Origin: Auanema rhodensis
Lineage: Eukaryota > Animalia > Nematoda
Direction: 5' to 3'
Assembly: GCA_964057225.1 (NCBI GenBank)
Contig: OZ059899.1
Location: 15,686,001-15,750,000 of the forward strand
Length of the DNA stretch: 64,000 bases
The notes beneath the pieces are model-generated. The model did not search any database and was not told the DNA's origin. It saw nothing but the letters and a program-made list of their open reading frames with translations. The translations under genes were made by a program, and so were the position numbers. Shown one piece after another: positions 1 to 12,950 of this stretch (its first letter is position 1; each line of letters begins with the position of its first letter).

Positions 1-1884
1 ACTTAAACACAAACAAATAAACAAAATTGACTCAGAGGGAAGATTTTCTTAATTTCTTTCCAAATTTCTAAGAAAATGCCAAAAGAAGATTTTTCCAAGG
101 ATTATTTCCATATGTTTTTCGTATGGATTTACTTACTAGCCAACAAACTCGTTAAGAGTGAGAGGGACGGAAGAAAGGATGGACGAAGGGAGAGAGAGAC
201 AGAGAGACCAAAAACAAAAAAAAATTTCAAAATTGTTGCTTTGACCGAGTAATAAGGGAAAAAAACTGAAATTATATATTTTTTAAAAGAAAGAAATAGG
301 TTATATTATAAACAATAGAAGGATAATACCTCTTGATAGAGTACTTCAAATGGACATATGAGAGAGTACGATAAAGAGAGAGAAAGAGAGGGCGGAGAGA
401 ACGTGAGAGATAGAGAGGAAGATAGACATGAAAGATGCTCTATGAGTCATTTATCAATAACGAATGGCAAAAATCCAAAAAGTATAGAAGATAGATAGAG
501 GTGAAGAAGGAAGATATAACAAGAATGATTTCAAAATAAAATATAAAAACATTCGGAAAATTTGGAAGAAATCAGAAAAAATATTTTACAATGATACAAA
601 CAAAATGAAAAAATATAAATTACTTGAAATATGGGTCATGCTTGACTACGACGAATCATAGAGGAGAAAATAGATGTGGACATGGCTTGTTTTTGATTTG
701 TATATCAGTTGAGTTCAGGAATTTGTATGTTTCAAAGGCATTTAATAAAAAACTCAAAAAAATCAGAAATGATTCTCAATCAAGTACATGCGGGTGAAAT
801 AAAAAAAGAGTTTTAGTTAGATATGTATGGAGTGATAGCAGATGGAAGTTTTTGAGGAAGAACGTCCTAGTCCAAAAGTTCAGGAGGAGGACAGCATTGC
901 ATCATCATCATCATCATCAACAACATTCGGACATGAGATTCGACAAGAAGAGAAGAAGAACAATATTGTGATTGTTGAATTCTTGTATGTTATAACAGAT
1001 GATGATGATGATGATGAGAAGGAGGATAAGATGGATAGAAGGCAGAGAAAACAAAGTACAACAGAAGGAGAATAGTTGAAAAATCTCAAAATGTTTTAAT
1101 AAGATTGATAGCAAAATTTTAAGTTGAAAAACATACGTCAGCTACAAATGTGATAAAGATATACAATTTACATTTCAAACTTGTTAAACAACTTGAACGC
1201 TTGATAAGTGAAAGAGAAGGTAACTTTAACTTCTGAAGAGAGCAAGAGGGAGAGGGAGAGGAAGATTGAGGATAGTTCACATGTTGTTTTCCAACTAACC
1301 ATATAGATATACGAAGTAATATATTCATAATGATAGCAGAGATAGCGTATGGGAAGGAACAACCTCTCAGAAATCCTGAGTTCGAACACTCAAAAGAAGA
1401 TTAGTGAACGCAGAGAGGTATTAGAACGGAGAAACGAAAGCGATCTCCCTTGTGAAAGCTATAACACTAAGGACAAATCTATTCTTTCAAGCCATAAGAA
1501 GAGAACTTCTTTGAAAAAGTGAAGAGAAATCCCTTTCACCATTTTTCCCACACCCTCCTCTCTTTCTCACCCTCTCTGGCTCTCTCTTGCACTCACTGTC
1601 ACAGTAAACTTGTCCAATATTCCAGCTTTTTCATTCCTTTCCTCAAGCCAAGTTGTTCTCCCATCGTTCTTTCGTGATATTCCTCTACTAGATGGCATGT
1701 TTGCATGTCAAATAGCAATTGAAGGACTACCCTGGGGGTGGGGGGAGAGAAAAGGGTTGAACGGAAAGAGTTAACGGAAAATCAAACGAAAATAATCCGG
1801 CGAATACCAAAAAAAACCTTAATAGTAATATCGAAATACTTATTTACTAATTCTCATTAATTGAACTACATACAGAAGAAAGAG

Positions 1885-1924
<40 letters not shown>

Positions 1925-2767
1925 GAGTTGGAAGCAAGAGCTTGGAGAAGTCTTTTTTTCAAATTAAAAACAACAAAAGTGGAAAGTTTTATCAAGAAAG
2001 ATTAAAGACTAATAAGAAATTTCTAAGAACTTTTACCACAATTCAGCGTTATCAGAAGAAATAAAAAAAGAAAAAAAAGTTTTTTATGACTTCGTACTCG
2101 AAAAGATTTGAAGACAAAGACAATTTTTGTGAAAATGTTTGATGTAATTTGAAATGATAAGATAATTAAATACAAATAATTGAAGTAATAAATCTTATTT
2201 CAATGACAACATAATTTTGTTTTTTTAGATTTGGAAGTCTGCTCCTGGTAGTATTCTCTCTCTCTCTCTCTCTCTCCCTTTATGCCCCCCCCCCTCTCTC
2301 TCTCTCTCTCTCTATCACTTGATAGTAATATGAAGTTTTAGAGTTGGATATCTTTCTTTTAAATAAAAGCCAAAAAGCTTTTGACCTATTTATCTATCCC
2401 TCTCACCCTCATAAATAAATTATTTGAAAGTAAATAAACAAAATAACATAAAACAAATATAATATCAAGTTTAACTAAATATATCAATGATCATCTATAT
2501 ATTATATGAAAAATAATAGAAATATTGACTGTTTTTCGAGTTTAAAGCTGTAGACTGTAAGAGAAGAAATTAAAAATTTAAGTTTTTGGTAAGTTGGATG
2601 ACAACAGGTGAAATGAATTCAAGTATTATTTCGACCACAGCAATAGCTTGTCGTATAATCATCGAATTGTGGTCTTATATGGCAAATCGATAGGCTGATA
2701 ACTTCACTTCCAAATACAATCAGTGTTATAGTAAAAATAATTTTTTCTTTCGTAGAAAATAAAGCTT

Positions 2768-2857
<90 letters not shown>

Positions 2858-4587
2858 GGGGAAGAGAGAAGGAGGGAGAGGGCATGATAAGAAAGGATTA
2901 GAGAAATAGAGAAGAAGATATTCAGCATGTACATAGATATGCAACAAACTATCTTGAAGAATAAGAGAGAAAGAATGAGGAGAGCGACAGAGAGAATAGG
3001 ACAGTGGACAAGCGAGAAAGAGAGAGAGAGAAAGAGAGAGAGAGTGGAAGTAGGCATGCTGATGTGCTGTCTCATTCCTGTAGGACAGCAGCCTATTTTA
3101 CCATAAAAGCCATTGAAATGGCATCAGAATCAGATTTTATTGTTGTGAGAACATCGAAAAAAAGCCAAATTTTGATCTTTTTCTTTTCAAGTTTTCCCAT
3201 TCAATGCACTACTTCTCTCTCTTCTCTTTTTTTTTAGCTTTCTTGATCATCAATTACTTTTTTATGCAAAAAGAAAGAAAAGAAAAGGATTCTAAAGGGG
3301 ATATATTCAGAATTTTTAAAGAAAAGACCTTCATATGCCATTAACTGAACAACACAGATCGAACAACTCTTCCACTTTTATCACTCAAGTAAGTAACAAT
3401 TCAGCTCTCAGAATTTCCATATAAAAATTATTAGTTACGTATATGATCTGAGTGTTGGTTTTGAAGTTCAAATAACTGAAGATGGAGAAGGTTTTGAATC
3501 TAAAAATTCAGTTGGAGGAGGTTTTAACGGGATAAGTACAGATACTTGAAAGATTAAAGTCAACAAAATGAATTGAAGCATGAAATTCATATATTTTCAA
3601 TAAAATTATTTTAAAAATATGGTGAAAATATACGAAATTATACGAAAAATGTGATATTTTTATGAAAAAAAACTTTTTATAATCTCGCATGAAGCACAGA
3701 ATATGAGAAGTGAAGATGGTGCTGCACAAGAGATGAGAGAATTCAAAAGACCAGCGGCTTGTGGTTTGTATATGACACAACAACTCCACAAGCACACACC
3801 ACATACATCCCCATCCATTCACCTTCTCATAGCCACAACTCCCCCCCCCCCACCCTTCCGCTCTAGCCACAGGTGAGGGTCAGGTGTCTCATGTTGTTGT
3901 TATTTTGTATGTTAATCATAATTAAAATTATAAAATATTTTAAATAAATTATAGAAATTATATTTTCCCTTCAAAAATTGGTCAGTAAAGTAATGTCTAC
4001 TAGCATTACTATGCATCATATATACAGTAAACAATCAAAAATTCAGAAAAAAAACGGATTTTTTTGAATTTGTAACTAACAGACTTCAGACTACTTGATC
4101 ATCTTTATATAATATAATATAAATATATTTTTACATAAACAAATGATGAAACATACATATTTAATGAAAAAAATCTTATTTTATCACTATATTACTGAAT
4201 ATTTTCATTAAACTATCATAGGATCGAGTATAAAGGTAGATGGTTTTTGAACATTGAGAAAGAGGACGCTGAGAAGGAGGGAGAGAGGTTTGATGGAAGG
4301 ATAAGTGGAATTGAAAATTTCTAGTTTTATAACTGAAATTTGAGAAGAAAACACTAAGATATCACTCAAAATGAATATAAAAATGAAAAATTATTTCGTT
4401 TTCCTTCAAAATTTTACAAGATTTTGAATAAAAAAGAAGAAATTCATTTTATTTGAACGAAGCTGTTCCTCTCTGGTGATGTGATCAGATAAGATGGCAA
4501 ACTTTTTTTTCGATTTCCATGATAAATTCTTCTCTTCAATAGTGCCATTTGAGCATGTTACATAGAGAGAGAAAGAGAGACAGAGAT

Positions 4588-4625
<38 letters not shown>

Positions 4626-5905
4626 AGAGAGAGAGAGAGACAGAGAGAGAGATAGAGAGAAAGAGAAAGCAACGGTTTATACCCTTAGGATATATCTCAT
4701 TGGTTGATTTATTTGTGAAAAAAAGCGAGACAAGAGTCAAAGAAAAGATTATTGATAAATGAATTTTCTATTTTTGAAAATATAAAAAAATTATTTTACT
4801 AATTAGCATAATATATATTATACGTGACGTCAAAATTTAAGTAAACAATACGTGAAGAATCATTGTTATTCTAAGATGCTAAGTGACCGGTTGTATACAT
4901 ATGAGACAGGTGTTTGTGATTGTATTTGACTTTGATTTCATTTGAATTGAAGAAAAAGAAGAAAAGAAAAAAATTTTGAATATGGATTAGTTGTGATGAA
5001 CGGAAATGGCATTAAACCGTTTTTTTACGTTTATTTCTTAAGCAAAAAAACCGGATAATCCAAGCGGAAAAGCCGGCTTAAAGCACTTCCATGTTGTGCT
5101 TATAAGATGACCATCAGACAAGCAATTGCCAAGTAAACGAATGTGATGATGTTGTGTGAAAAACTTAACGAATTAACCTTGAAAATGTCTTGAAAGCGAA
5201 AGAGGGAGAAAGAGAGATGAGGGTAAGGATAGCATAGTATATAGTTAGATTGACAGCTACATATCTAATCTACATACATACGTATAGATAAATGGTATGA
5301 AAATAACCTTAAAAAAGCGGAAATAAGATGATTATAAGTTTAAAAATAAATAATAAATAATTATAAAAATTAAATTATATTAAATTAAAATTAATTAAAA
5401 GTTTCGAAAATATAATTATGTTTTATAAAAATTATTTTAATTAATTTATATTATTATAAGATTTCATTTAATATAGTAAAATTTCATAAATAGAGAGAAA
5501 GAGAGAGAAAATGAATTTAAGAAATTGTAAAAGATGATCCTATTAAGCTTGATAAGTAGAAATTGACATACTTAATCCAATTTCTAATAGTAATAAGCGA
5601 ACAAGATTCAAACTATAATCGATTTACATAGAGATATACAAGAGAAATGAAAAACATTTGCTTAAATGGGTTGAAATTGCTAATTTGGATTTGATAGTAG
5701 CAGTAACATTAAAGTTGGAAATCATTGAAGATGATTGAAATAGAAAAAAAAAACAAAAAGAAAATGAAAAGAGAACACCGTGTGGTCAGCCATAAATCAG
5801 TGGTCAGTGAATGGGTACGTTGGTTGTCGTTCATTTTTCCTTTTTTCGACACTAATGGACATGTACTATGAGATAGACAGAATGAATATTCGAGATGTAA
5901 AGAAA

Positions 5906-5964
<59 letters not shown>

Positions 5965-7421
5965 GGGAAGAGGAATAAAAACCTCGTAGCAATAAAGAGA
6001 ATGGTGAAGAGTATTAAAGATGAAAAAGGGTGTAAGCTTTATACCTTCTGAAGATAAACGAGGGGAAAATCTTGCATATTTCACACGTTTGTCCTTCAGA
6101 AGGATGATGACGTGATGATGAAGATGAATTAGAATTAGAAATGTTCATTGAAAATGACCTTTAAGACATTAAAATTTATAATTTAAAATAAAAACAAAAA
6201 CGAAATAACTATATGATATAGTTAAGAAATCAATTTATTATATTTTAACACTTATAAGTGATAAAATAATGTGTGAAGTTTTTCTTCAAGAAGAAGAAGA
6301 AGAAGAAGAAGATCATGACAACGTTGATTGTCGTGACAGATGCCTTTGACGATGGAATAGTCGTCGTTGTCTTTCAGGTAATCAGACAACCTTATCCAAC
6401 AGTTGTCCAGGTAAGGATATAAGAAATAGATGAAAGATTATGTGAATATGATAGAGTATATGAGACAGAAGATGATGATTCTGACCCTGATATCATCCAT
6501 CCTGATGACAATAGTCAGTCACGGCCTTTTTCCTCTTCTCTAACTATGAGATATTATATACTATATGTATATATATGTATATATTAAATTTAATTTATGA
6601 ATTAAATTTGAATTTAGTCTCAGAAAATGAACTAATTTCAAAGTTTTTGTGGCAGAAAACTTTTAGAAAAATCAGAAAATACGTGCTCATCAGTATAATT
6701 GATTGGATTTATATAGAGATTTAATTAATTTTGTACATAAAAAGTTATTTTGTTCTCAAAAAAAAGTAAAATATGATAGAAATGAAGAAAAGAAAAATAT
6801 TTTTTGAATCAATCAATGAACCGTAATGGCTATTAGATGACATCTCTCATCTATCTCTTTCTTTGAATATTCCTCTATATGTATGTTTTAAAATGACATT
6901 TATAAAGCTTTATGTCTGCTTTAAAGCTGATAGTCAAAAATGAAAAGATGAGGGTAAGTTGCAACAAGAAGAAACCTGTTAAAACAGGATGGTGAAGCAA
7001 CATATGACGAAGAATAGCCATTAGAATATCTTTCTCTCCCTTGCTACTACTACTACTACTAGTATACCAGCTCCCTCACTTCTTTCACAAATATATTTGT
7101 ATATATACATTCAAAACATTTTGTGATCTGTGTGCTAATATTTGAAATATTCATTTCATGATTTTATGTTGGAAAAACAAAATTATTTGATAAAGTTTAT
7201 GAGAAAACAAACTAAGAAACTTGAAGTATACATATTAGACCTGAGATCTTAACTATAACCTATTGGAAATGTTTTCATATACAAATGTAAATGACAAAAA
7301 AAATTGAAAAAGCAAACAAATTGAATAAATTATAACATTTTTTAGTAAATAATTATGCTATTTTTATATATAATACGTATAAAGAAAGCATAAAAATGTT
7401 AAATTTTCTTATATGTTTCAT

Positions 7422-10400
7422 TCAACAAGCCAAGGTTATATTTTGACGAGATGATGGTATAATAGGTGATTCTGACATATTAAATAGCCAATATGTATAT
7501 GTATTCATGTTGAGCACCGTTATAGCTATACATAGAATATTCAGACAAACTCCTGTTGTTATCTGAAAGAATCATTGAATAAGCTTGATGTTTAACGACG
7601 TTTCTATCATAGAAATGAGAAAAATGAAATGCAACCGCATTGCGCGCAAACGAAATTAAAAATGAAATAGCTGATTTGAATACGGAACACATATTTATGT
7701 TTACGACTATGTTGGTTGATCTAGAGATGCTGTTTCAGGTAGATTGGGACTTACCATTTCAAACATTGTAACAACTTTAGTATCATAGACAATGGCATTA
7801 GGCGGTGTAGCCATTGGTAACATGAAAGCGAATGAACATGCTACAGCTGTAGGTAGAGCCAGATACAAAGGATTGATGTGGAATGATTCAGCCTACAGTA
7901 AGAATAGTAATTGAAAAATTATTTAAATTATTATAAATTTGATTGAAAGTCATATGCTTACAACTGAAATAACAATTGGAATGAAGATACTTCCTGTTGA
8001 GACATTGCTAGCAAATTCAGTCATGAAGGTGATACATGTTGTTACAGTTACTAAAACAGTTTCCTTAACAACAGAGGAGAACTCAGAGGATGAAACGTAC
8101 ACTGAAGCCAAATATGATCCAAATGTTGGAATAGACCATTCATGGCACACGAGATCAGTACTTGTAAACCAGATCTCTGAAAGTTATCAGAAGATTTTAC
8201 TACTTCTGAATTCAGAAGCATACTTGAACACCATCCGATATAGCATATCCTGCAGCTATGAGTAATTGGCATGACCATGCATATTTCGATTTCATGACTT
8301 TCCAATTCAAAATTGGTTCTATTGGACCTGAAGCATTAGAAGTGTTTTGAGAGGACAAGCCTTCTTTCTGATTCAGAATCACATTTTGACATGAATATAT
8401 GAATATAGTCAATGCTTACTTACCCTTATAAGCAAATGGATTTTCACGTGGCCAAATGAAAAGCAGAAAAACAACAAGAACACCGCAAGTTGAATCAGTT
8501 AACATAACACTGAAATATGATTAAGCTTCATATACTGTAGTGATTTCTTACCCTCCATCAGGAAATAGAACACCCCAACCAGGCATAAATCCAGGTTTAC
8601 GGAATACCCATAATACAAAGAGAACCATAAACCAAAACATTACAGATATTTCGCCGAATCTACAAATTTTCAAGCATTTTTCAACTTTTCCAACCTTCTT
8701 TTTTAAAAAACTAACGTCATTGCACCCAATTCACTGTAAGATGTTTTCAAATGTTTGGATATAACTGAAGATAAACATTTTTCCTCCTTACTTTGTTTCT
8801 TGAACCATTTATAGAAACTTCCAATTCCAAGGAAATACGTCTAAAACTTAAGTTGGTAACAGGCTTAACGTCTCAAATGTGAAACATACACTCAATACAA
8901 AGAATGATGCTAACAGGTATAAGAACATTGGTGGCATAGCAAATGTCATCCATTGTAAATAAGTAACAGTAACTTCTTCATTGGGGTAAAATCTACAGCA
9001 TTTTCAAACTTTTTTTTTCGCAAAATTTGTTGGCTACTTACGTTTGAATTTGTTCGCGAAGTACAAGATTAGGACCAGTTGATGTGAGAATGGCTGTTCC
9101 TCCGATCAGAGAACCATGTGATGCGGCTAAAACGATTGCCTGAAACCTCATCATGAAATATTTTCAAAACCTTTTCAAGTTTTATATCAGAGTTTAAAAT
9201 TTTCTGACTAAAGTTGAAAGAACTTGATAACCTTAGCAAATCCACGATTCTCAGCATCCATCTCATCTACATATTCAAAGAATTCTCGATTATCATTAGC
9301 TACTTCATCATCCAACTTCACACTTTCCCCTTGATCCGAAATCCTAAAATTATATTTAATTGGTCTTCAAACGAAAAACAGATACAAGTTCAAACTTATA
9401 GAATTGAACTCTAAATGTAATGAAAATCAGATTGATGATAATTCAGTTTTGGATTATATTGTTATTTTTAAGAGCATCAGACTAGTTTTTCTAATAATTA
9501 TTCAGATTTTATTAGATATTATTGTACTTTTTTCATAGTTTTATTATTATTATTTATCTTTCCTTTTATATTTTAAAAATTATTTTCAAAATTATTTCGT
9601 TTTTCAATTGTTTTTTGAAAAAAATCTTGTAAAACACCGTGATTTTTAGTGATAAGTCAATATAATTTTGACTTCAAAACCATATTAATAGTGTAGACTT
9701 ATAGCTTTATATCCGGTTTTTACCTTTCACATTTGCTGCACGAATCCCTTTTAACAGCATGAACTCGCTCTTTCACTCTCTCTCTTTCCCCCTCTCTCTT
9801 TATGCTTTCAAATTTTACTTGTATACATGACCTACAAGTTCATATATTGTATTGACTAGCGGGCAGATAATCATGATCAGGTTGTACACAGCGTTTTACA
9901 TATACGGTGGTTTTCAAGGATTCAAGTTTCATGGTTTGGCCATCTGAATGAAGTATGAGAATGAAATTTGAACATGTCTTCACAGAATCAGTTGTCATCA
10001 ACTGGAATGCGAGAGCACATGCTTCAAAAGAATTTTCTTTCCAAATTTTCTTTTTCGTATCATGTACAGTAGTTGAGGTGAGATTAAGGAAAAAGGATGT
10101 GAAGAGAAAATTCAAAGAGAGGGAGAGACAGAGAGAGTGAGAGAGAGAGAGATGTTTGAAATGGAAAATGAACGAAATTACCTCTTTAGCGATTTATTAA
10201 CCGAATCGGATAATCGATGGATTGCTGTAACAATAGCTATTGCAATTGGTAGCATAAGAGCTGTAGTAGCAGTATCAGATACGAAAAATGATCTAAATAC
10301 ATGAAAATAGAAAAGTTTCGTAATATTTGAAGAACTTGCATGAAGGAAGCCGTGAGCATGAAACCCAGAAGCATACTGTAAGATGATGAAGTTTCAATTT

Positions 10401-11023
10401 GAATTCAATCGCAACCTACGTTTGTTTTCTGGATCCTATCAGGGTTAACAGACGCAGGGCAATTCGACGATGTAAGCCTGTCTCTTCAACAGCAATAGCC
10501 AAGACCAAGGTGCACATGAAGAGAACAATAGAATCCTACAATTGGTCTCGAAGTGAATTGATAACTGAAGAATACCTTAAAATAGTTTTCAGCTACTTTC
10601 TTTGCTGGAGAAACACCCAGAACAGGGAAAAGGAACAACGGAAGAAGAGATGAGACTCCAATCGGTACTACCTCGGCAATCCAATAGGTACTGATGAGTA
10701 GAATACAGAAGACACATCGAAACTCCTACAATAGGTTGGATTGAGAATGTGAGAGCTTAAGGAGAAATATGGAGTTGGAGAGGAGAAGCAGCTGTGGATG
10801 TATGGAAGAAGAGAAGAAGCTGAGATAACTCTGACATATTCTTTGATGTCTTCAGCTGGATACAAGAGAAAATGAAAGAGAGAGAGAGAAAGAGAGAGAA
10901 GAATAATGAGATTATTAAAATAATTTTGAAAAATCTTACGGTTCCGAAGAATAATAGTGGAGAGAGCACTATAGGAGCACCAACAAGAATGCCACATTTC
11001 AGCTTATTGTTCTGTTTTCTCAT
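7422..11023 (-). CDS. nac-1: SLC13/DASS Na+-coupled dicarboxylate transporter (Indy/NaDC family), multi-exon
   Basis: Exons splice in frame: MRKQNNKLKCGILVGAPIVLSPLLFFGT / EFRCVFCILLISTYWIAEVVPIGVSSLLP..YFK / DSIVLFMCTLVLAIAVEETGLHRRIALRLL / SFFVSDTATTALMLP / SLIGGTAILTSTGPNL / TEFASNVSTGSIFIP / SFAFMLPMATPPNAIVY / ..NITLAC*. These are SLC13 signature motifs; FKDSIVLFMCTL matches my recollection of C. elegans NAC-1. Confidence 0.92.
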
Positions 11024-11481
11024 TGTGATTGTATTTGGCTTGAAAATAAGAATTTTATTTTTAAAAAGACGAAGTAAAACGACAAAGAAAAGAAAAAAAA
11101 ATTATTGAAGTTTCATCTAAACGGAGGTAAAGATTGAAAACAAAAAAATTGAAAGTTGAACGAAGATTCTTTTTAAAACTGACCAAATAAAGATAGAAAA
11201 TGAGCTAAAAGTATAATATAAGATAGTTATTTCGTATATAATATTATATATGAGATTTTTAGTTGTAAAGAGTGACGATCACAAAACTATTTGACCCGCC
11301 CTAACTAGATGGAAACTAAAGATCTGTCGTGTTGTTTGACTCAAATTCAACTATTTTTTTGTTTTTTTTTATGTTATTCTTTGAATATAACTATGTATTT
11401 ATGTATGTAAAAGAATATAAACATACATATACATTGTAGATGTTAGTTAGTAGTTGAAAAAGAAATGAGAAAGAGAAGTTA

Positions 11482-11693
11482 TATGTTGTTTGTTGTTTGT
11501 AGTTGCACTACTACCAGTAATTATAATGATGAAAAGAAGATTGTATTATATGATTTGAATGAAAAAGTAATAAAGAGAATATAGACAGAAAGAAAGTAGA
11601 GGATGAGAAACGATTAAGAGACTTTGATGGTTAAAGCTGAAGACATGAACTTGCAACACACACACTCACACACACACTCACATTCAGACACTC
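11482..11693. repeat. About 200-bp segment present three times (direct copy ~21113-21308, inverted copy ~14342-14538)
   Basis: Same text agttgcactactaccagtaa...cattcagacactc at all three sites; this copy has a longer (CA)n tract and no adjacent transposon. Confidence 0.9.
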
Positions 11694-11745
11694 AGAAGAT
11701 GAGATGATTATATGGAAATTTTTGCTTCAACGAAACTTTTTTCTT

Positions 11746-11976
11746 TTCCTTTTTTAGGTTTTAAATGAAAAAGATATGTTTGTGATATCTTGTTTTAAAC
11801 AAATACAAAGAAGAAGAATTTACAAGATATGTTGTTTAAACGAAATTGAATTTGAAGATTTTCAAATAATGGTCACGAACAGAAGATAAAGCTTTAATTT
11901 GAAATTTGTTAGAAAAATCAAAAATGGAAATATGACAGATCATTACAAGGTGGGAGAAGGGGGATAGGGATAACGA

Positions 11977-11979
<3 letters not shown>
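11746..11979. repeat. 234-bp segment with an inverted copy at 20375-20609
   Basis: ttcctttttt aggttttaaatg...gggataacgatac is the reverse complement of gtatcgttatccc...aaaaaggaa; a one-base homopolymer difference is visible. Confidence 0.9.
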
Positions 11980-12030
<51 letters not shown>

Positions 12031-12824
12031 GGAAGTAGAAATAAGATGAGAAAGAGATGATATTGTTAATTATTTTGAGAAAAAAAAATTAAATGGAAGG
12101 TGGATAGCACCGTTGTTTTTGGAATTATGGGATTTTTTGACCAAATGAAATAACATTATATGAAGATCCGATTGAGGTGATCAGATTGTTTAGACAAACA
12201 GACAATTCCGAAGGAAAAAGTGATGTGACTTGACCTCTCCCCCCTCCCCCCTCTCTCTCTATGTGTCTATGTGTCTATATCTTCCTCTGTCTTGTACTCA
12301 TCATCAACTCAATAATCTATTAATGTATGTGAATATCTATATATTATCATTACATAATCTATAATAATAATATTTATAAATTATATTAACTATATGAATA
12401 TATAGTAAACGAATTCTTCTTCATAATCTATAGCTATTATTATTTTTATTTTTGTTTGAAGAAACTAATTGTTTGATGTTAACAAGATCCAATACAATAG
12501 ACATCAGACATGTATATGGAGAGAAGAAGATGTTCGTTGTTCGTCGGCAATATGCTCATCTCGTAATCTCAGATGATTAATCTCACCTTTTGACAACCAC
12601 TCATAGCCTATCAGAATCCAAAAAATCAAAAAAAAAGAAAAACTTGTCCAGTCACATGATAGATGACACTGGATAATAAATTTCTTTCTTTTTTTGATTG
12701 TTCATAACCAAACAAAACAATTTGGTTTGTTCAAAATGTAAATTTATGAAAAGAAGGTAGAAAAGGAGAGAGAGAGGGATAGACGAAAAACTTAGTGAGA
12801 GAGAGAGAGATAAGGAAAAAGCTT

Positions 12825-12891
<67 letters not shown>

Positions 12892-12906
12892 TAAGGAAAA
12901 AGCTTA

Positions 12907-12907
12907 A

Positions 12908-12950
<43 letters not shown>

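Noticed and set aside
3757-3794. GCTTGTGG...CCACAAGC hairpin as a pre-miRNA
   Set aside because: Stem too short and does not extend.
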